From Phoronis australis (lineage: Eukaryota; Animalia; Phoronida), in NCBI GenBank assembly GCA_002633005.1, contig NMRA01000761.1:22913-66964 (forward strand): DNA of 44,052 bases, read 5' to 3'. The notes under the pieces are model-generated. The model saw only the letters and a program-made list of their open reading frames with translations, did not search any database and was not told the origin of the DNA. The position numbers and the translations under genes were made by a program. This document shows positions 1 to 13,000 of the stretch, piece after piece. Every line of letters starts with the position of its first letter. The stretch's first letter is position 1.

Positions 1-866
1 GTGAATGGTGAATTGGCGATGGAATTTCCAAAACAATCTCAAAACTCTGAATTCAAGGACCTGAAATAGTAAACATGGCGGACTTCAGTTGTGCTTCAAC
101 TTGTACGCCTGTCGTAGGTGAAACTTCGAGTTTGAGCAAGCAACCTATATTTCAAGTTCAATAATTCTAATCCAAAACTCAACTAATTGAGAATGTTAAA
201 GTTAGTATTTTAATGATTATTTGTAACTTTATTCCACTGACGGTTCATTTTAGCCTTTAACTTAGAATTTTATTACATAAACTGGCGTATCTTGTTTCTC
301 ATCTTGACATCACGCACTTTTTTGAGTGAAGCACAACACACACTCGGCCAGAAAACGCAATCCGTGCAAGTATTACAATGCGCGTGGCCGACGAGTTTAC
401 TCAATGGTTTTGGCCAAAAGTAAAACCTTCATAAGAAATCACAGTTCACAAAAAACTTCGCATATCAATACAGTATCAAGATAATTATATTTGACACAAA
501 TATGTGAGTAATTACATTTATTTGGCAATAAAGTGCTCTCTGCTTCTCATGATCAAGTAGTCGAGGGATTGACGATGAAAGCCGCGCGAAATTAGACTCG
601 GATTTAGCTCGGGAGCGTCCGTCATGTGCGAAGACCTTCTGCCATGACATCACGGAATCACTTCCTTGAATTTGTGATTTTGGCATTCTTTTGGCATTTT
701 TGTCGCCAAATCACCACTCGAAGGCAATTTGAAGAGATCAAATGGAAGATGGTATTCTAAGAGTTGTTCGATGGTAGTTTCGTGGAGTTCCATGCACATT
801 TGAGTAGAAAATTTTGAGGAAATAGATTTCGAGTGTCCAACCTTTATGTTTTCTTATATATATATA

Positions 867-917
867 TATACTAAGAGAACTATACATGTCCCGGATCTGT
901 ATAGTTCTCTTAGTATA
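867..917. repeat. Perfect 20-bp-stem hairpin adjoining a (TA)n run
   Basis: tatactaagagaactataca (867-886) and tgtatagttctcttagtata (898-917) with an 11-nt loop. An N follows at 918. Confidence 0.85.
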
Positions 918-1287
918 NAGGAACGCGCCTGCGAAATATGAGGACTTCGTGATGGACATTTAGTGCCGCCATGTTTGATAGACTTTAGTCGTTCTAGTCA
1001 TAGATGTTTGTTTGCTCATCTGCTAAAGACAGTTTTATTAGTTGATTTTATATTGACGGTCTCGATTGTGTAACGTCTATTCGTAAGGAGGGAGAGATGT
1101 AATGTAGTTACTTTAGTTTACCCTAGAGGCCGCTCTTTGTATAACACACAAGTTGATGACGTAGCGATAAGTAGTGTCAAGTTTACTAGTCAGATAATAA
1201 ATCGTTATCAAAGAAATCATCTTTATATACAGTACACTGATGGGGGGTGTTACCCCCCCCCCTTTTATTTCACGGATCTCCGCCGCC

Positions 1288-1355
1288 CATGGCCAAAAGC
1301 GGCGCACCACAGGGTGCTGAGGTGGGCTATAGGCCCCTACTTTTTCAGTGCTGCA
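1288..1355 (-). mobile_element. Fragment of the same MITE family as 31309-31479
   Basis: The reverse complement (gcagcactgaaaaagtaggggcctatagcccacctcagcaccctgtggtgcgccgc) aligns to about 31420-31475. Confidence 0.65.
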
Positions 1356-1742
1356 CCACCCACGGCTTGTTGTCCTGATCTCATCCCAGTTCAAACATCT
1401 AGTGGGTCTCGGCTAGCAGATCTTGCAGCATAAACTCAGGAAAGCATAATAACATGAAGCCGCAGTAAAACGTGCTACTTTACAGTACTCAGTTTTAAAA
1501 GCAGTACATTGGCGATACGCATTAGTAATGGTGGAGAGGGTGTAATCATTCCTTACATACATTTTCACTTCCTCAAGAAGCCAAAATAATCGACTGCATC
1601 GGAAGAATGGATACTTCTGACCTAACAATAAAACTATTAATTTCAATCAGTCAGGGGCTGGAAAATGAGAATACTGTAACCGTCTTCTTCTTGGACCACA
1701 AACATTCGTTGCTATGCAAGGCAGAAGATTTTTTTCGATGAG

Positions 1743-4700
1743 GTTGACATTTACAGTGCAGATAAACAAGGAATTGGTTTTGTAGGTTATAAAAGTATGT
1801 GGTAGACCCCATTATCAGTTAAGCATGAGCTTTTTATTAGCATCTGAGCCGAGTTGAATAAAGCTTCAAAAGATATCCGCTGGATAAGTTTGATTGTTGC
1901 ATGACGTCATGTGGATTGTTCAACAATAATAATGCGACGTCATTGTTGCTATACGGCGTATAACTTTTATGCAACTGGACCCTGATGTGCATTAGGCTAA
2001 CAATGGATTGTTTGAAAAGTATGCAGGGTGACAGCACGTGGTTTACCGCAGAAATTTAATCACGCAGACAAGACTCGTGTATTCGCACTATTCCTTTACA
2101 TCACTGAGACCACCTACAAAACATAACGCGCTGTCTAATCGCGTGGACACTGAGTATAGTTCAGTAACTCTAGGACCTCGCAAAAACGCAAGACTTCGAG
2201 AGATTACGCCAGACATTGCCGTGTAATTTGAACGATAACACGTGACTAGATTTTTTTAGCTTCCAGACAACTACCGAACTCTACCCGGCATTTTACCTCA
2301 TCGTCACTTATCAATGCTATGGGGTGGTTTCCACCTCACTTAATCATGTCGTGACGGCGTTTTCCCGTTCAGTGACTTTACCAGATGTAGAGGGTTGTGA
2401 GCATGTGGTAACATCTAGCTTCTTTGTTAACTGCCAAGCGCAGTCTTTTGTCTGGTATGACAACAGGCAGGCCTATCATCTACCAGGTACAGACCACGTG
2501 TGAACACGTGTCAAACCCACAGCGAATTGGTACGTTCGGAAATAGATTGTAGTAACTTCGGTTGTTGGCGATTCAAAAACTAAACATGATTGCCATTTCA
2601 CGAGGATTTCAGAAATGCTATTGGTTTTTATTCAAATATGTTATAATTTAACTCTTATTTTTAACAGCACAGCCCAGTCAGGCTATATACGATCTTATTG
2701 GAGATCAGAGAAATTATCGAACAAAAGAGAGCTGGCCCTTCAATAAATGCCAGCCTGGAGTTGTAATCAGTCGTATAAAACATTGGCTACACAGGTCATC
2801 TTCCCAACTTGATGTTGGGCTATAGAATCGAACAAGTTGGGAGCAACGAGAAAACGCCGTAAGGTTACCGAACTTAAACCAAATAAAAACGGAGTATACA
2901 AGGCGACAGACTCAATATACGAAGCTTCTCATAGTTGAACATGGACTTCAGTTGGAAAGTTATAAACTCGAAGACTGCATTTCAGTGAAGCCTTCTTTGA
3001 ATTGCAGTATATGAAAGCTTGGGTCATGCAACGTGCAAAAAGCATCAATCTGATCACTCTGAAGTCATGACAGTCTAACCTGAATGTCAAATATGAACGG
3101 TTCGACACTCGCCAACGTCTCCGCAGTTAATGCAAACTGCTGAAAAAACATCTGCTCACCTTGGTGTCATATTCAACATGCTCTGGTAACCGCGGTGACA
3201 CACTGCTTTCTGTCGTTCTTTTTCGTTGTGCAGTATTCTAACAGTGAAGCAATTCGGCGCGAAAATGTTACTAACTCATGTATATGTTTTGAGATTTGAG
3301 GTGCCTGTTTTTGAGTTTCTAAATCATATGCTCTAATCTGTTACTATCGATTTGCTAGGACAGTCCGGGAAATACATCTAACATAAAGTTACACGTCGTT
3401 ATTCCCCAAGATTACATGTATGCAGGACGAAGAAAATTACCAACTCATTGCGACAAGCAACAATTTGTAGCGTCTGGTTTCAAGTAACAATGAACCGCCT
3501 CGGTTCTTTCCAGGCCGCCCAAAAATCACACCAATTGCATGACAGCAAGTTTGTGAATAAAAAATGTGGCAGGAAGTGGGTTTACAGCAGTTTTAATATT
3601 GGGGACGAGGAGCATGTGGCGCTCTCTTTGACGAGCCTCCTTTTTGAACTTCTACTTCTCCCCAAAGGAAGCTGGTAGCGCATGCCCGGGCATAACGTCC
3701 TTCCTTTAGGGCATATCTGGGTACAGTTAAGTAACTGTCTATAGAAAAGTCTAACCAAAATAACATGTTTTCATTTAATATACACGGCAATATCTCGCGT
3801 ANGTTGACATTTACAGTGCAGATAAACAAGGAATTGGTTTTGTAGGTTATAAAAGTATGTGGTAGACCCCATTATCAGCTGAACATGAGCTTTTTATTAG
3901 CATCTGGGCCGAGTTGCATAAAGCTTCAAAAGATATCCGCTGGATAAGTGTGATTGTTGCATGACATCATGTGCATTTTTCAACAATAATAATGCGACGT
4001 CATTGTTGCTATACGGCGTAAAACTTTTATGCAACTGGACCCTGATGTGCATTAGGCTAACAATGGATTGTTTGAAAAGTATGCAGGGTGACAGCACGTG
4101 GTTTATCGCAGAAATTTAATCACGCGGACAAGACTCGTGTATTCGCACTATTCCTTTACATCACTGAGACCACCTACAAAACATAACGCTGTCTAATCGC
4201 GTGGACACTGAGTATAGTTCAGTAACTCTAGGACCTCGAGAAAACGCCGTAATGTTACCGAACTTAAACCAAATAAAAACGGAGTATACAAGGCGACAGA
4301 CTCAATATACGAAGCTTCTCATAGTTGAACATGGACTTCAGTTGGAAAGTTATAAACTCGAAGACTGCATTTCAGTGAAGCCTTCTTTGAATTGCAGTAC
4401 ATGAAAGCTTGGGTCATGCAACGTGCAAAAAGCATCAATCTGATCACTCTGAAGTCATGGCAGTCTAACCTGAATGTCAAATATGAACGGTTCGACACTC
4501 GCCATTGTCTCCGCAGTTAATGCAAACTGCTGAAAAAACATCTGCTCACCTTGGTGTCATATTCAACATACTCTGGTAACCGCGGTGACACACTGCTTTC
4601 GGTCGTTCTTTTTCGTTGTGCAGTATTCTAACAGTGAAGCAATTCGGCGCGAGAATGTTACTAACTCATGTACATGTTTTGAGATTTGGGGTGCCTGTTT

Positions 4701-5191
4701 TTGAGTTTTTAAATCATATGCTCTAATCTGTTACTATCGATTTGCTAGGACAGTCCGGCCAATACATCTAGCATAAAGTTACACGTCGTTATTCCCCAAG
4801 ATTACATGTATGCAGGACGAAGAAAATTACCAACTCATTGCAACAAGCATCAATTTGTAGCGTCTGGTTTCAAGTAACAATGAACCGCCTCGGTTCTTTC
4901 CAGGCCGCCCAAAAATCACACCAATTGCATGACAGCAAGTTTGTGAATAAAAAATGTGGCAGAAAGTGGGTTTACAGCAGTTTTAATATTGGGGACGAGG
5001 AGCATGTGGCGCTCTCTTTGACGAGCCTCCTTTTTGAACTTCTACTTCTCCCCAAAGGAAGCTGGTAGCGCATGCCCAGGCATAACGTCCTTCCTTTAGG
5101 GCATATCTGGGTAGAGTTAAGTAACTGTCTATAGAAAAGTCTAACCAAAATAACATGTTTTCATTTAATATACACGGCAATATCTCGCGTA
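1743..5191. repeat. Near-identical tandem duplication (1743-3801 and 3803-5191) joined at a single N; probable uncollapsed haplotypes
   Basis: The copies differ by scattered SNPs and by a 668-bp segment (2181-2848) missing from copy 2. The junction is exactly the N at 3802. Confidence 0.9.
2151..2287 (+). mobile_element. ~135-bp MITE-like repeat, GGGTAGAGTT(C/A)AGTAAC-ended family, copy 1
   Basis: Core ggacctcg...gagattacgc.aga.attgccgtgta is shared with 5109-5244 (inverted) and 24626-24762. Ends gagtatagttcagtaac and gaactctaccc. Confidence 0.65.
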
Positions 5192-5244
5192 ATCTCGCGA
5201 AGACTCGCCTTTCTAGCGAGGTCCTCGCGTTATTACCTCTACCC
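5109..5244 (-). mobile_element. ~135-bp MITE-like repeat, same family (partial duplicate at 3719-3801)
   Basis: Inverted termini gggtagagttaagtaac and gttattacctctaccc; core is the reverse complement of 2170-2250. Confidence 0.65.
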
Positions 5245-5566
5245 AGGTTACAACTATGGAGAAGGTTGCGTGACAAAGTGACATGATGACCATCGTGGCT
5301 CATGTGTCACTCGATAGTGTGAAGCCTGCCAAAAAACACGTTCTCGAAGACGCCCAAAAGAAGTCTTGATAAAACGATAGAGAAGTTTCTGAAAAAGATG
5401 TCTCAAAGAAAACCTTCAACACTCTGGTTCTGCGAAAGACGCGCTTCCACCGAGAATGAATAGAACTAAACCACCATCAAGAACCGCAGCTCTACACTTT
5501 ATCGGGACCTTCCTCATAATCTATAAACCTTGCTTACAAGACGAACCAAATATGTACTCTGAAAGG

Positions 5567-5849
5567 CAGGACTTGGAATGACTAATAGACAAAAAAGAGG
5601 AAAACTTTCATGGTGATGATCGTTCCACAAATACATGTAAATAGGCTTGTGTGATAGAAATGTTTTTGTGTTGTAAAATTTAACTGAAATAAAATTGTTG
5701 CTTGCATAAAGTTAAAATAATGATAAAAAAAAACAAAAAAGAGGAAATGCTCTTAAAAGAGGAAAGGCTCTTAAAAGAGGAAATGTTCTAAAAAGAGGAA
5801 ATGCTCTTAAAAGAGGAAATGCTCTTAAAGAGGAAAATTCCAACCCCTG
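5567..5849 (+). mobile_element. hAT-like MITE with an internal 18-bp tandem expansion (aaaagaggaaatgctctt, about 5 units, ~5737-5837)
   Basis: Termini caggacttggaat and attccaacccctg; colinear with 14671-14860. Confidence 0.65.
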
Positions 5850-6171
5850 GGAAGGGTTCTGGAGTTCTGAATGTGATCATTTTGAACTTCTGTATCCGAC
5901 TGCATTCTCAATAACTAGCGACAGTACAAACTTTATTGTGACCGTAAGCGTCTAGAAGATCAAGAGGACAGACTACAGTGCCACCTTGTGGGACAGTACC
6001 TTGCTGACAAGGCTGTACATTTAGCCAAATACCCACAAAATTATAGTTTTACTCATGGGATTTGATGTTTTACTTAATTCCAGTCTGTCATGAATTAGGT
6101 CGTGTAACCATGCTTTTAAAAATAAAATTTAATAAAAACGAAAGGTACATCCAAAGCAAAGCAATCTTGCT

Positions 6172-6990
6172 ACGGTGTTTCAGGCTGAGATCACTGCAAT
6201 TAATGACAGAGCTGCTCAACTGGCACAACAATATAACACTGAGCTTGGCAATCGGCCAATTACCACCTTTTCAGATAGCCAGGCAGTAATAAAAGCTCTG
6301 AAGAAACTAATGGTCAACTCTCGTTGTGTTAATGCTTGTATTAATGAGCTTAACAAGCTTGCAATATACGCGGGGTCAGGGCCCATGTGGGAATTGATGG
6401 CAATGAGAATGCAGACAAACTCGCAAAGATAGGAGCAAGCGTTCTGCATTTTGTGCCTGAACCTGCTATCCCGGTATCTTACGGATGTTGCAGGATGAGT
6501 ATACGAAACTGGGTACATACCCAGTCAGCAGCACAGTGGGCATCACTTAACTCCTGCAGAGAGACCAAGGAGAATTTTTTCAACGTGATCGAATCAAAAG
6601 GTTCAAAAAGCCTTCTGAGTCTAGATCGATTGGGTATAAGACACGTCATTCGAATTTTGATGGGCCACTGCAACCACAGACACATTACTGGGCATATGGG
6701 GAGCCCTATGTGTCCCGAGTTTGGTACTGACGTAGAATCTCCGAAACACCTGTTAGAGTCTTGCCCAGCTTTTGATAGGCTAAGGAGCAACCTACTGGAT
6801 GGCACTGTTACATGCCTACAACATACAGTGCATGGCAACAAATGGAAACGTCTTTCCGTTTTCCTAAAGGAGACAGGCAGACTTGAAAACTTTCTTCATG
6901 AGGAGCCATAATTGGGCTCTCGTGCTTTTGCTCAGGTGTTTTGTGCAGTGGGCCCAACCATGAGGCCTGCGCACATCTGATGCACCGCAA
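6172..6990 (+). mobile_element. 5'-truncated, frameshifted non-LTR retrotransposon fragment (RNase H plus C-terminal Cys/His motif; I-group, LOA/R1-like)
   Basis: RNase H motifs VFQAEITAI, FSDSQAVIKAL and AHVGIDGNENADKLAK are split across two frames (6175..6432 and 6387..6911). Followed by ILMGHC and a decayed C..CG...ES..HLL..CPA knuckle. Confidence 0.85.
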
Positions 6991-7256
6991 ATGACATCAG
7001 ACCACCTGCACTGTTTTTTTAGCAGATCAATGACATGAGCAAGTTTTGTATGATATGTATGTTCAAGACAAAATGTTAAAGAACTGTTAAAGTTCTCTAA
7101 ATTATTGTTTCGTTGTCGTTTTATACAATTTTTTCACAAAAATCATGTAAGTCCTTTCATGCAAAAGCGTCATATTTCTTAAATTTCCTAGCAGCACTTA
7201 ACAGTACATAGAACATACCTGCAGTACTGAAAGTTTCTTGTGAAATTGACCAGCCA

Positions 7257-7262
7257 TTTATT
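7257..7262 (-). promoter_or_regulatory. Candidate AATAAA polyadenylation signal for the TTF1-like gene (alternative at 8449-8454)
   Basis: tttatt on the + strand about 2.6 kb past the stop, in AT-rich UTR-like sequence. Not distinguishable from chance without transcripts. Confidence 0.3.
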
Positions 7263-9881
7263 GAACACTTTTTCTATAGTCTTATACATAACCCATTAAG
7301 GCACATCACTGTTTAAAAACAGTAATACACTGATTCACGAAAAACGAAAAAGAATCCGAGAACAACAGTACACCGCTAGGCCTTGCTTAAAGTTCTTTTA
7401 AGAAGGAAGATATAATGAAGAATTTAAAATACTAACAACCTCAAAGTGATGTGCATTTCATGTCGTAATCATGACCATATGGATGACATCAGCACTTGCC
7501 ACCTGATATTTATTATGTACCTAGTGTGGAATGCTACTCTTAAGTCTCTCCATTAACAAAAGAAACCTGAGACTGACAGAGCATTCCTAAGCAGAGAGTC
7601 AATCAGGGGTTTTGTCTTGGAATGCCAGTTGCTACAATGTCACCTGTATGCATTGAACGAGTACCTGTGTTCATCACCAACACTTCGTTTTTCTGATGTT
7701 TACTTACTACATTACTTATTGTAGTTTGTAATTCCCATGGTATTTTGTTTCTAAGAATTGTGTCTAGAATCAAGTACCAGGGAATTCTTTATATGCAGAC
7801 TTGGTACTAATGAACATTACAAAACGTGAGCATTCTGATCAATAAACCAATCTATTATTGAAGATTGTTGTGCACTAATTATAAAATACTGGTGATCATC
7901 CCAGCACTTGCATCAACCTGACAGTAACAACACAGTCACAGACAAGGAAGTAGAAAAAAAATATTACAGGTAAAACATGAAAAACACATAAATAAAAGTT
8001 ACACACTAATAAAACAAATTGGATGAGAAGAGACACACGTTGAGTAAAAACTGTAGTCTAGAACCCTGGTTAAGGTGACTTGCTCAGTGTATGAACATAG
8101 ATCAGGATAGAGAAACAATCAGTGCCCAGACTCATAAATGCTCTTGCCGGCACTCTAACACAGTGTAAACACAACAGCCAGACACCGAATGCTGTCACCT
8201 GACAAAATGGTGCAACAGGTAGCAACGATAAATCCCATGATTGTGCTCAGTAACCATGGTCCTTTTTCCTGACTGAAGTCAGAAATATGGTCTTATGCTC
8301 CACAATACTATTTCTGAAAACTAATTAAATCTCAGTTTAGCAATTTAAACTGCAACAGTCTTTGACATTATACATAAAATGTCTAATTCCTGAGATAAAT
8401 TCTATGAATTATTTCTTAATTGTGAAGTGCTGATAATCACTTCAAACCTTTATTCAGAAACTTGGAAGTGGGAGCCTATGACCAAATTTCTGCCTTACGC
8501 CTCAAGATGTTTCATGAAACACCCAACAGGGGATCTGTTTACCGCATGTACAGATGTCACATAGATGGTCGCAGGCACATTGCGAATGTGGTGTTGTACT
8601 TTTTGTAAGAGCAAAACACTGCCACTGATGTGAACATGCCTACGTTGACAAGCGTGTTGAATGCCTACCTGCAACAACCACCTAATGCATCGTTAGGCAA
8701 TGAAAATTCAAGATACCACCATCCTAGCCACAAACACGTGAACAAACTTTGATAAAAAGCCCTGACCGTCAACAACTTGCAAATATGAAAAGTCAGCTTA
8801 GGCTTAGGCCTGAAATTTGCTCTAATATCTAACAATATTATTTTCAAAAATCTCATTTCATTAAAGTACATGTGCAAAGACTTCAACTTTAACCAATATG
8901 TTAAAATTCCACCAATTTCGGCGACGGTATGCCACAGATTTTAATTTTTCACAAAATATGTGGATCATCAAATTAATGCTTTCTCATGTTCATATTTTGT
9001 GAAAAAATTACCATCTGACAAATTTTTGAAAGAATATGGCCACTCACAATAATGATGAATGATTTTGAAAAATGAAAGAGGATGATTTGGCAATTTTTTA
9101 GCAAAATTGGTGAGAGTTTATCATAATTGGATATTTTAATTGAAATGGGATAATTAAAGTATGGTGTCCTTAGAGCCGTGCGGCAAAAACTTCATTCCAT
9201 AATAACACAAGTGTAAGAAGAAATTTCTGACTCACCTTTCATGAAACTGAGCATTTAGAGTCTGATCGCTGCATATTTTTCTACCTACAAATCCTCAAAC
9301 AAGCCTGATAAAACCCTGACCTTGTTTAAAGAAGATAAAACGTGACTCAGCGTCTGCCATAATCAGTTTGCTGTACAAAACAATTCCTTTCTGCAGATCA
9401 GACTGTGCATTCTAATTACACATTGTTCTTACTTAAAGGAGCGCTTTCTTCCTACTTTCACCGCAAAGGGGCAATAAATGATGCTTTCTATCAAAAACTA
9501 CTTTTCATTTGGACCAATCTCACCTCGTTTGTTATTCAGTTTAGAAATGATTTGAGCAGATTTGATTGGCCACTTATGTTTCACACTAGACCCATAAATT
9601 TTTTTCATCATGGCGGATTATTTTCAGTATGGCCGTCAGGAGAATTCCTGGCAAGTAATTGTTGCCAATTTCAATTCGCATTACCAAGGCTATGAACAAG
9701 ACACCATTGCTTCAGTAGAAAAAATATGCCTGTGGACAAAGTTGACGTTTTTTTAACACCAGATCATGGTCAGATGGTTTTTAGCAGCAGATTAATAACT
9801 TGCATTTTAGGTACCAAGAGTTGAACGAGATGCCCCTTGGAAGTTAATCTCACTTATTCTGCCACACTGTGTCTAGTTTCC

Positions 9882-10012
9882 TCAATCGCTGTCCGAGTCA
9901 CTCGTCACCATTACTTCTCCAGACAGGGCGACAGTTTTCTCCTTTCTCAAACAATTGGTCTTTTTTCTCATGAGGAATGGTACCTTGTGAGTAAACAGGT
10001 GTTCACAAACAG
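9882..10012 (-). CDS. TTF1: TTF1-like last coding exon (AVCEHLFTHKVPFLMRKK...SDSDSD-stop)
   Basis: Acceptor gttgttgttacag, phase 1, TGA at 9882-9884. An alternative in-frame acceptor would start the exon at 10042. Confidence 0.8.
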
Positions 10013-13000
10013 CTGTAACAACAACACAACTCGATACACAATCTGTAATGTAATTCCGTGACAATAAAACAATCTTGTAACAGGCGGTTAGCACTAGCGG
10101 GAATTTCTAAAAATAGGCCCATGGGCGGAGATTTGGAAAACAACCTTTCAACAACCTCAAACGAAACCAAATATGCATGCACGCCCTGCATATTTTCGGA
10201 GAAAGGGGCATATTTTTGGAAACCACGATGTTGACATGAAAACTGAACTATCCTTCATACTGTGCTAGACAAGTACACAGTCGCCCAATGTCTCTTAAAA
10301 TGATGAAATCACAATAACAAAATCCTAATGTCTTGCCTAAATTTCATAGCAAAACATATCACAGTCATGTATTTTGGAATCCATCAGATTTCAAAACCTG
10401 CAAATAGGTACCGAAAACACGCCATGGGTGAATTTTTGGAAAGTTTTACAAAAACACGAACTTGTGTCTACTTTTGTGAGGGTCATTTTTTAGAAGTTCC
10501 CTGTAATTACTAAAAGGACATATAAAATAGTAATTGCAAGCTGTCTGGAACACCTTGTACCAGACAGCTAACATGTTGTTAGAACTGAGCTGAGGAGCTA
10601 GAGACATGACTCAAGCACTCTAGCAGTGCGCCCCCAATGGACACTTATCTCACTAGGTCACAATGTCTTCTCTACAGAGGACATAAAGGACATTCCATAT
10701 TCATGCAACTTGCAAGCAGTAATGACTTAGGTTCCAGTCGGACTACATGTCTAGGAAATTGATGACATCACATGACTCCACTAAAACGTAGTACAGCAAA
10801 AAAATCTATATTGAGATTGACAAGTTTACAAGAATCGGAAGGAGCACTAATAAAGACTAATAATAAAAAGCACATTAATGGCCTCTTGACATAACTCTTC
10901 ATGCCTGACATTACAAGGAAATGTCATGCTGGAAATACTGACAAGAGGTTACAGGGGAGATAACCATGTTCCAATAATAGTAAGATGACACATGCTAATG
11001 TGGGTCTACGAAATAAATGTCTAATTTAGAGCTGATTTTCAGACCAATCATTTATTTTTGTCTCGTTTTCCTCAGCATTTTCAGCTTACTTTGCATGAAG
11101 ATGGAAAAACCTCAGCAATATGCCCCTGCATTCACAAGGAACACGAATATGAAACATTAAGACCTCAGAAATTTCACCATAACTGCGAAGACGGAGGACA
11201 TCAACATGCTCTTTATAACTGTGACAGCATGTTATCAATGTTTGGGTACATGGCGACCAATACAAGTAACAAAACATCTGACCACTCACCATCAAACGTG
11301 AGTAGTTGGTAGTTGGGAACACAGGCACGTAGCTGACACCATTTAGCTCGCAGTGTCTGTGGTGATGGTATGCTGTGAAAGCAATTAACAGCAACAGATT
11401 CAATAACAGTACATGTAACGCTGGTAGAGTTTTGCAAAAAGTTCTGCAAGGACTGTAAAGTTTATTTAATAAATTACCACCGACTGTGTACCGTTTGGTG
11501 AATTAAGCTAATCACAAAATAAGACTTTATATTGAACGTTTCACCTTTACACAAACGTCAACACAAAAATACAACTTTAAGTAAAAATTTGGAAGGGAAA
11601 ACATTCCATGCAAAAAAAATGTTCAGATTCGTCCTGGAAAACAGAAATGTTAAGCCATCAATCCTGGACAAGTCGAATGGAAAGACCCCACCCAACATGT
11701 GATCAGCGACAATAAACACTACTAACAAAAAGTTTTCAGACAAAATGATCCAGAATTCTTCTTCATGACGACAGGGCAAATTCATTGTACTTGAGTAGAC
11801 TTCTCCCATGACCGAGAATGAAGGAAAATGAGCAGGACAGCTAGTAAGGGGGCAAAGTCATTATACAATAAAATAAATTACAATTTTGTACCCCAGATGA
11901 TTACTACTAGTCATTTTTGACGTTAACAGAATTAGCCGTCATGAGTGGAATGCATTTTGGTGAATTACTTTTGTCTTGTACTGTATGGTGCCATGAGAAT
12001 AAAAACAATGTTTGTTAAGCAAATGCATATCAAGGGTTTAATCGCCGAGGCATAAAAGCACTCACTTGTCAAATTCAGTGTAAAGTTGGTGCCAGTCCAC
12101 ATCACATTCGGCGTCTACGTCCATTTCGTAGAGACTGAAACAGCACTTTTGGTTGAGTCGTCGTAACTTGCAAAAAACAGGTCAGTTAAAGCCGTTGTCA
12201 ACCTGCCTTCCGTCAAAAAGTATCTTCAGATTTTGACTGTTTGCCGTGGAAAAATTGGTCCCAACTTGTTTTGTTTCCAGATTAGATTTGTTTTCTGGAC
12301 TTGGAGAGAACTGACCATTTATTACTGATCAAGACCAGCTCAACACGTCGGCTTGTCGTGCCTGTCATTTTATGCAATGAGCCAGGTGGTCTAAAGCACT
12401 AACAGTCTGTTCCTAGCAGAAACCACTGTCAGAGTTAGAAACAATAAAACCAGTTATATTGTCACCTAAACCAAATGTTTGCTTTATGGAACCTGGGCCA
12501 TTAAAAGTCGCTGTGGTAACTGCATGTTTTTGGATTTTTTGAGTGAAATTCACACATAAAAATGTACTGAGAGGCACTGTTAAAGTGTTCGAGAAACATA
12601 GCAATTAAGTATATGATAGCAAAATGACAATGGTTTTTTAAAGCAACACAGCCTTGTTCTCCAGAGAAAGTAAGTCATTTTCTCATTGCTTTACTAATAA
12701 ATCTGCTACAAATTAAACAGTTTGCTCAAATGTTAAACAGAAAAATGCAGAAGCCTACGTTTCACCACTAGGAAGAAGGAGCTATACCTTGCATAAGTGC
12801 ATTTTAAACTGGACATTTTTATGTGTCTTTTTCCATTTTAAAATTCATATTTCAAAGTTAAGGATTGAATTGCCTATGCATCAACAACAACCGTTTTGTA
12901 ATGGATGAGTCACGCTTCCACCGCCTGCTACTTTTCAAATTTTGCAGCTTTTTTTATTCATAAGTGTTCAGGCACATACACCTATTTCGTGAATTTGCCA

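Noticed and set aside
1837-5303. Paired ORFs suggesting a duplicated small gene family
   Set aside because: They repeat only because of the N-joined duplication, use non-ATG starts and show no protein motifs.
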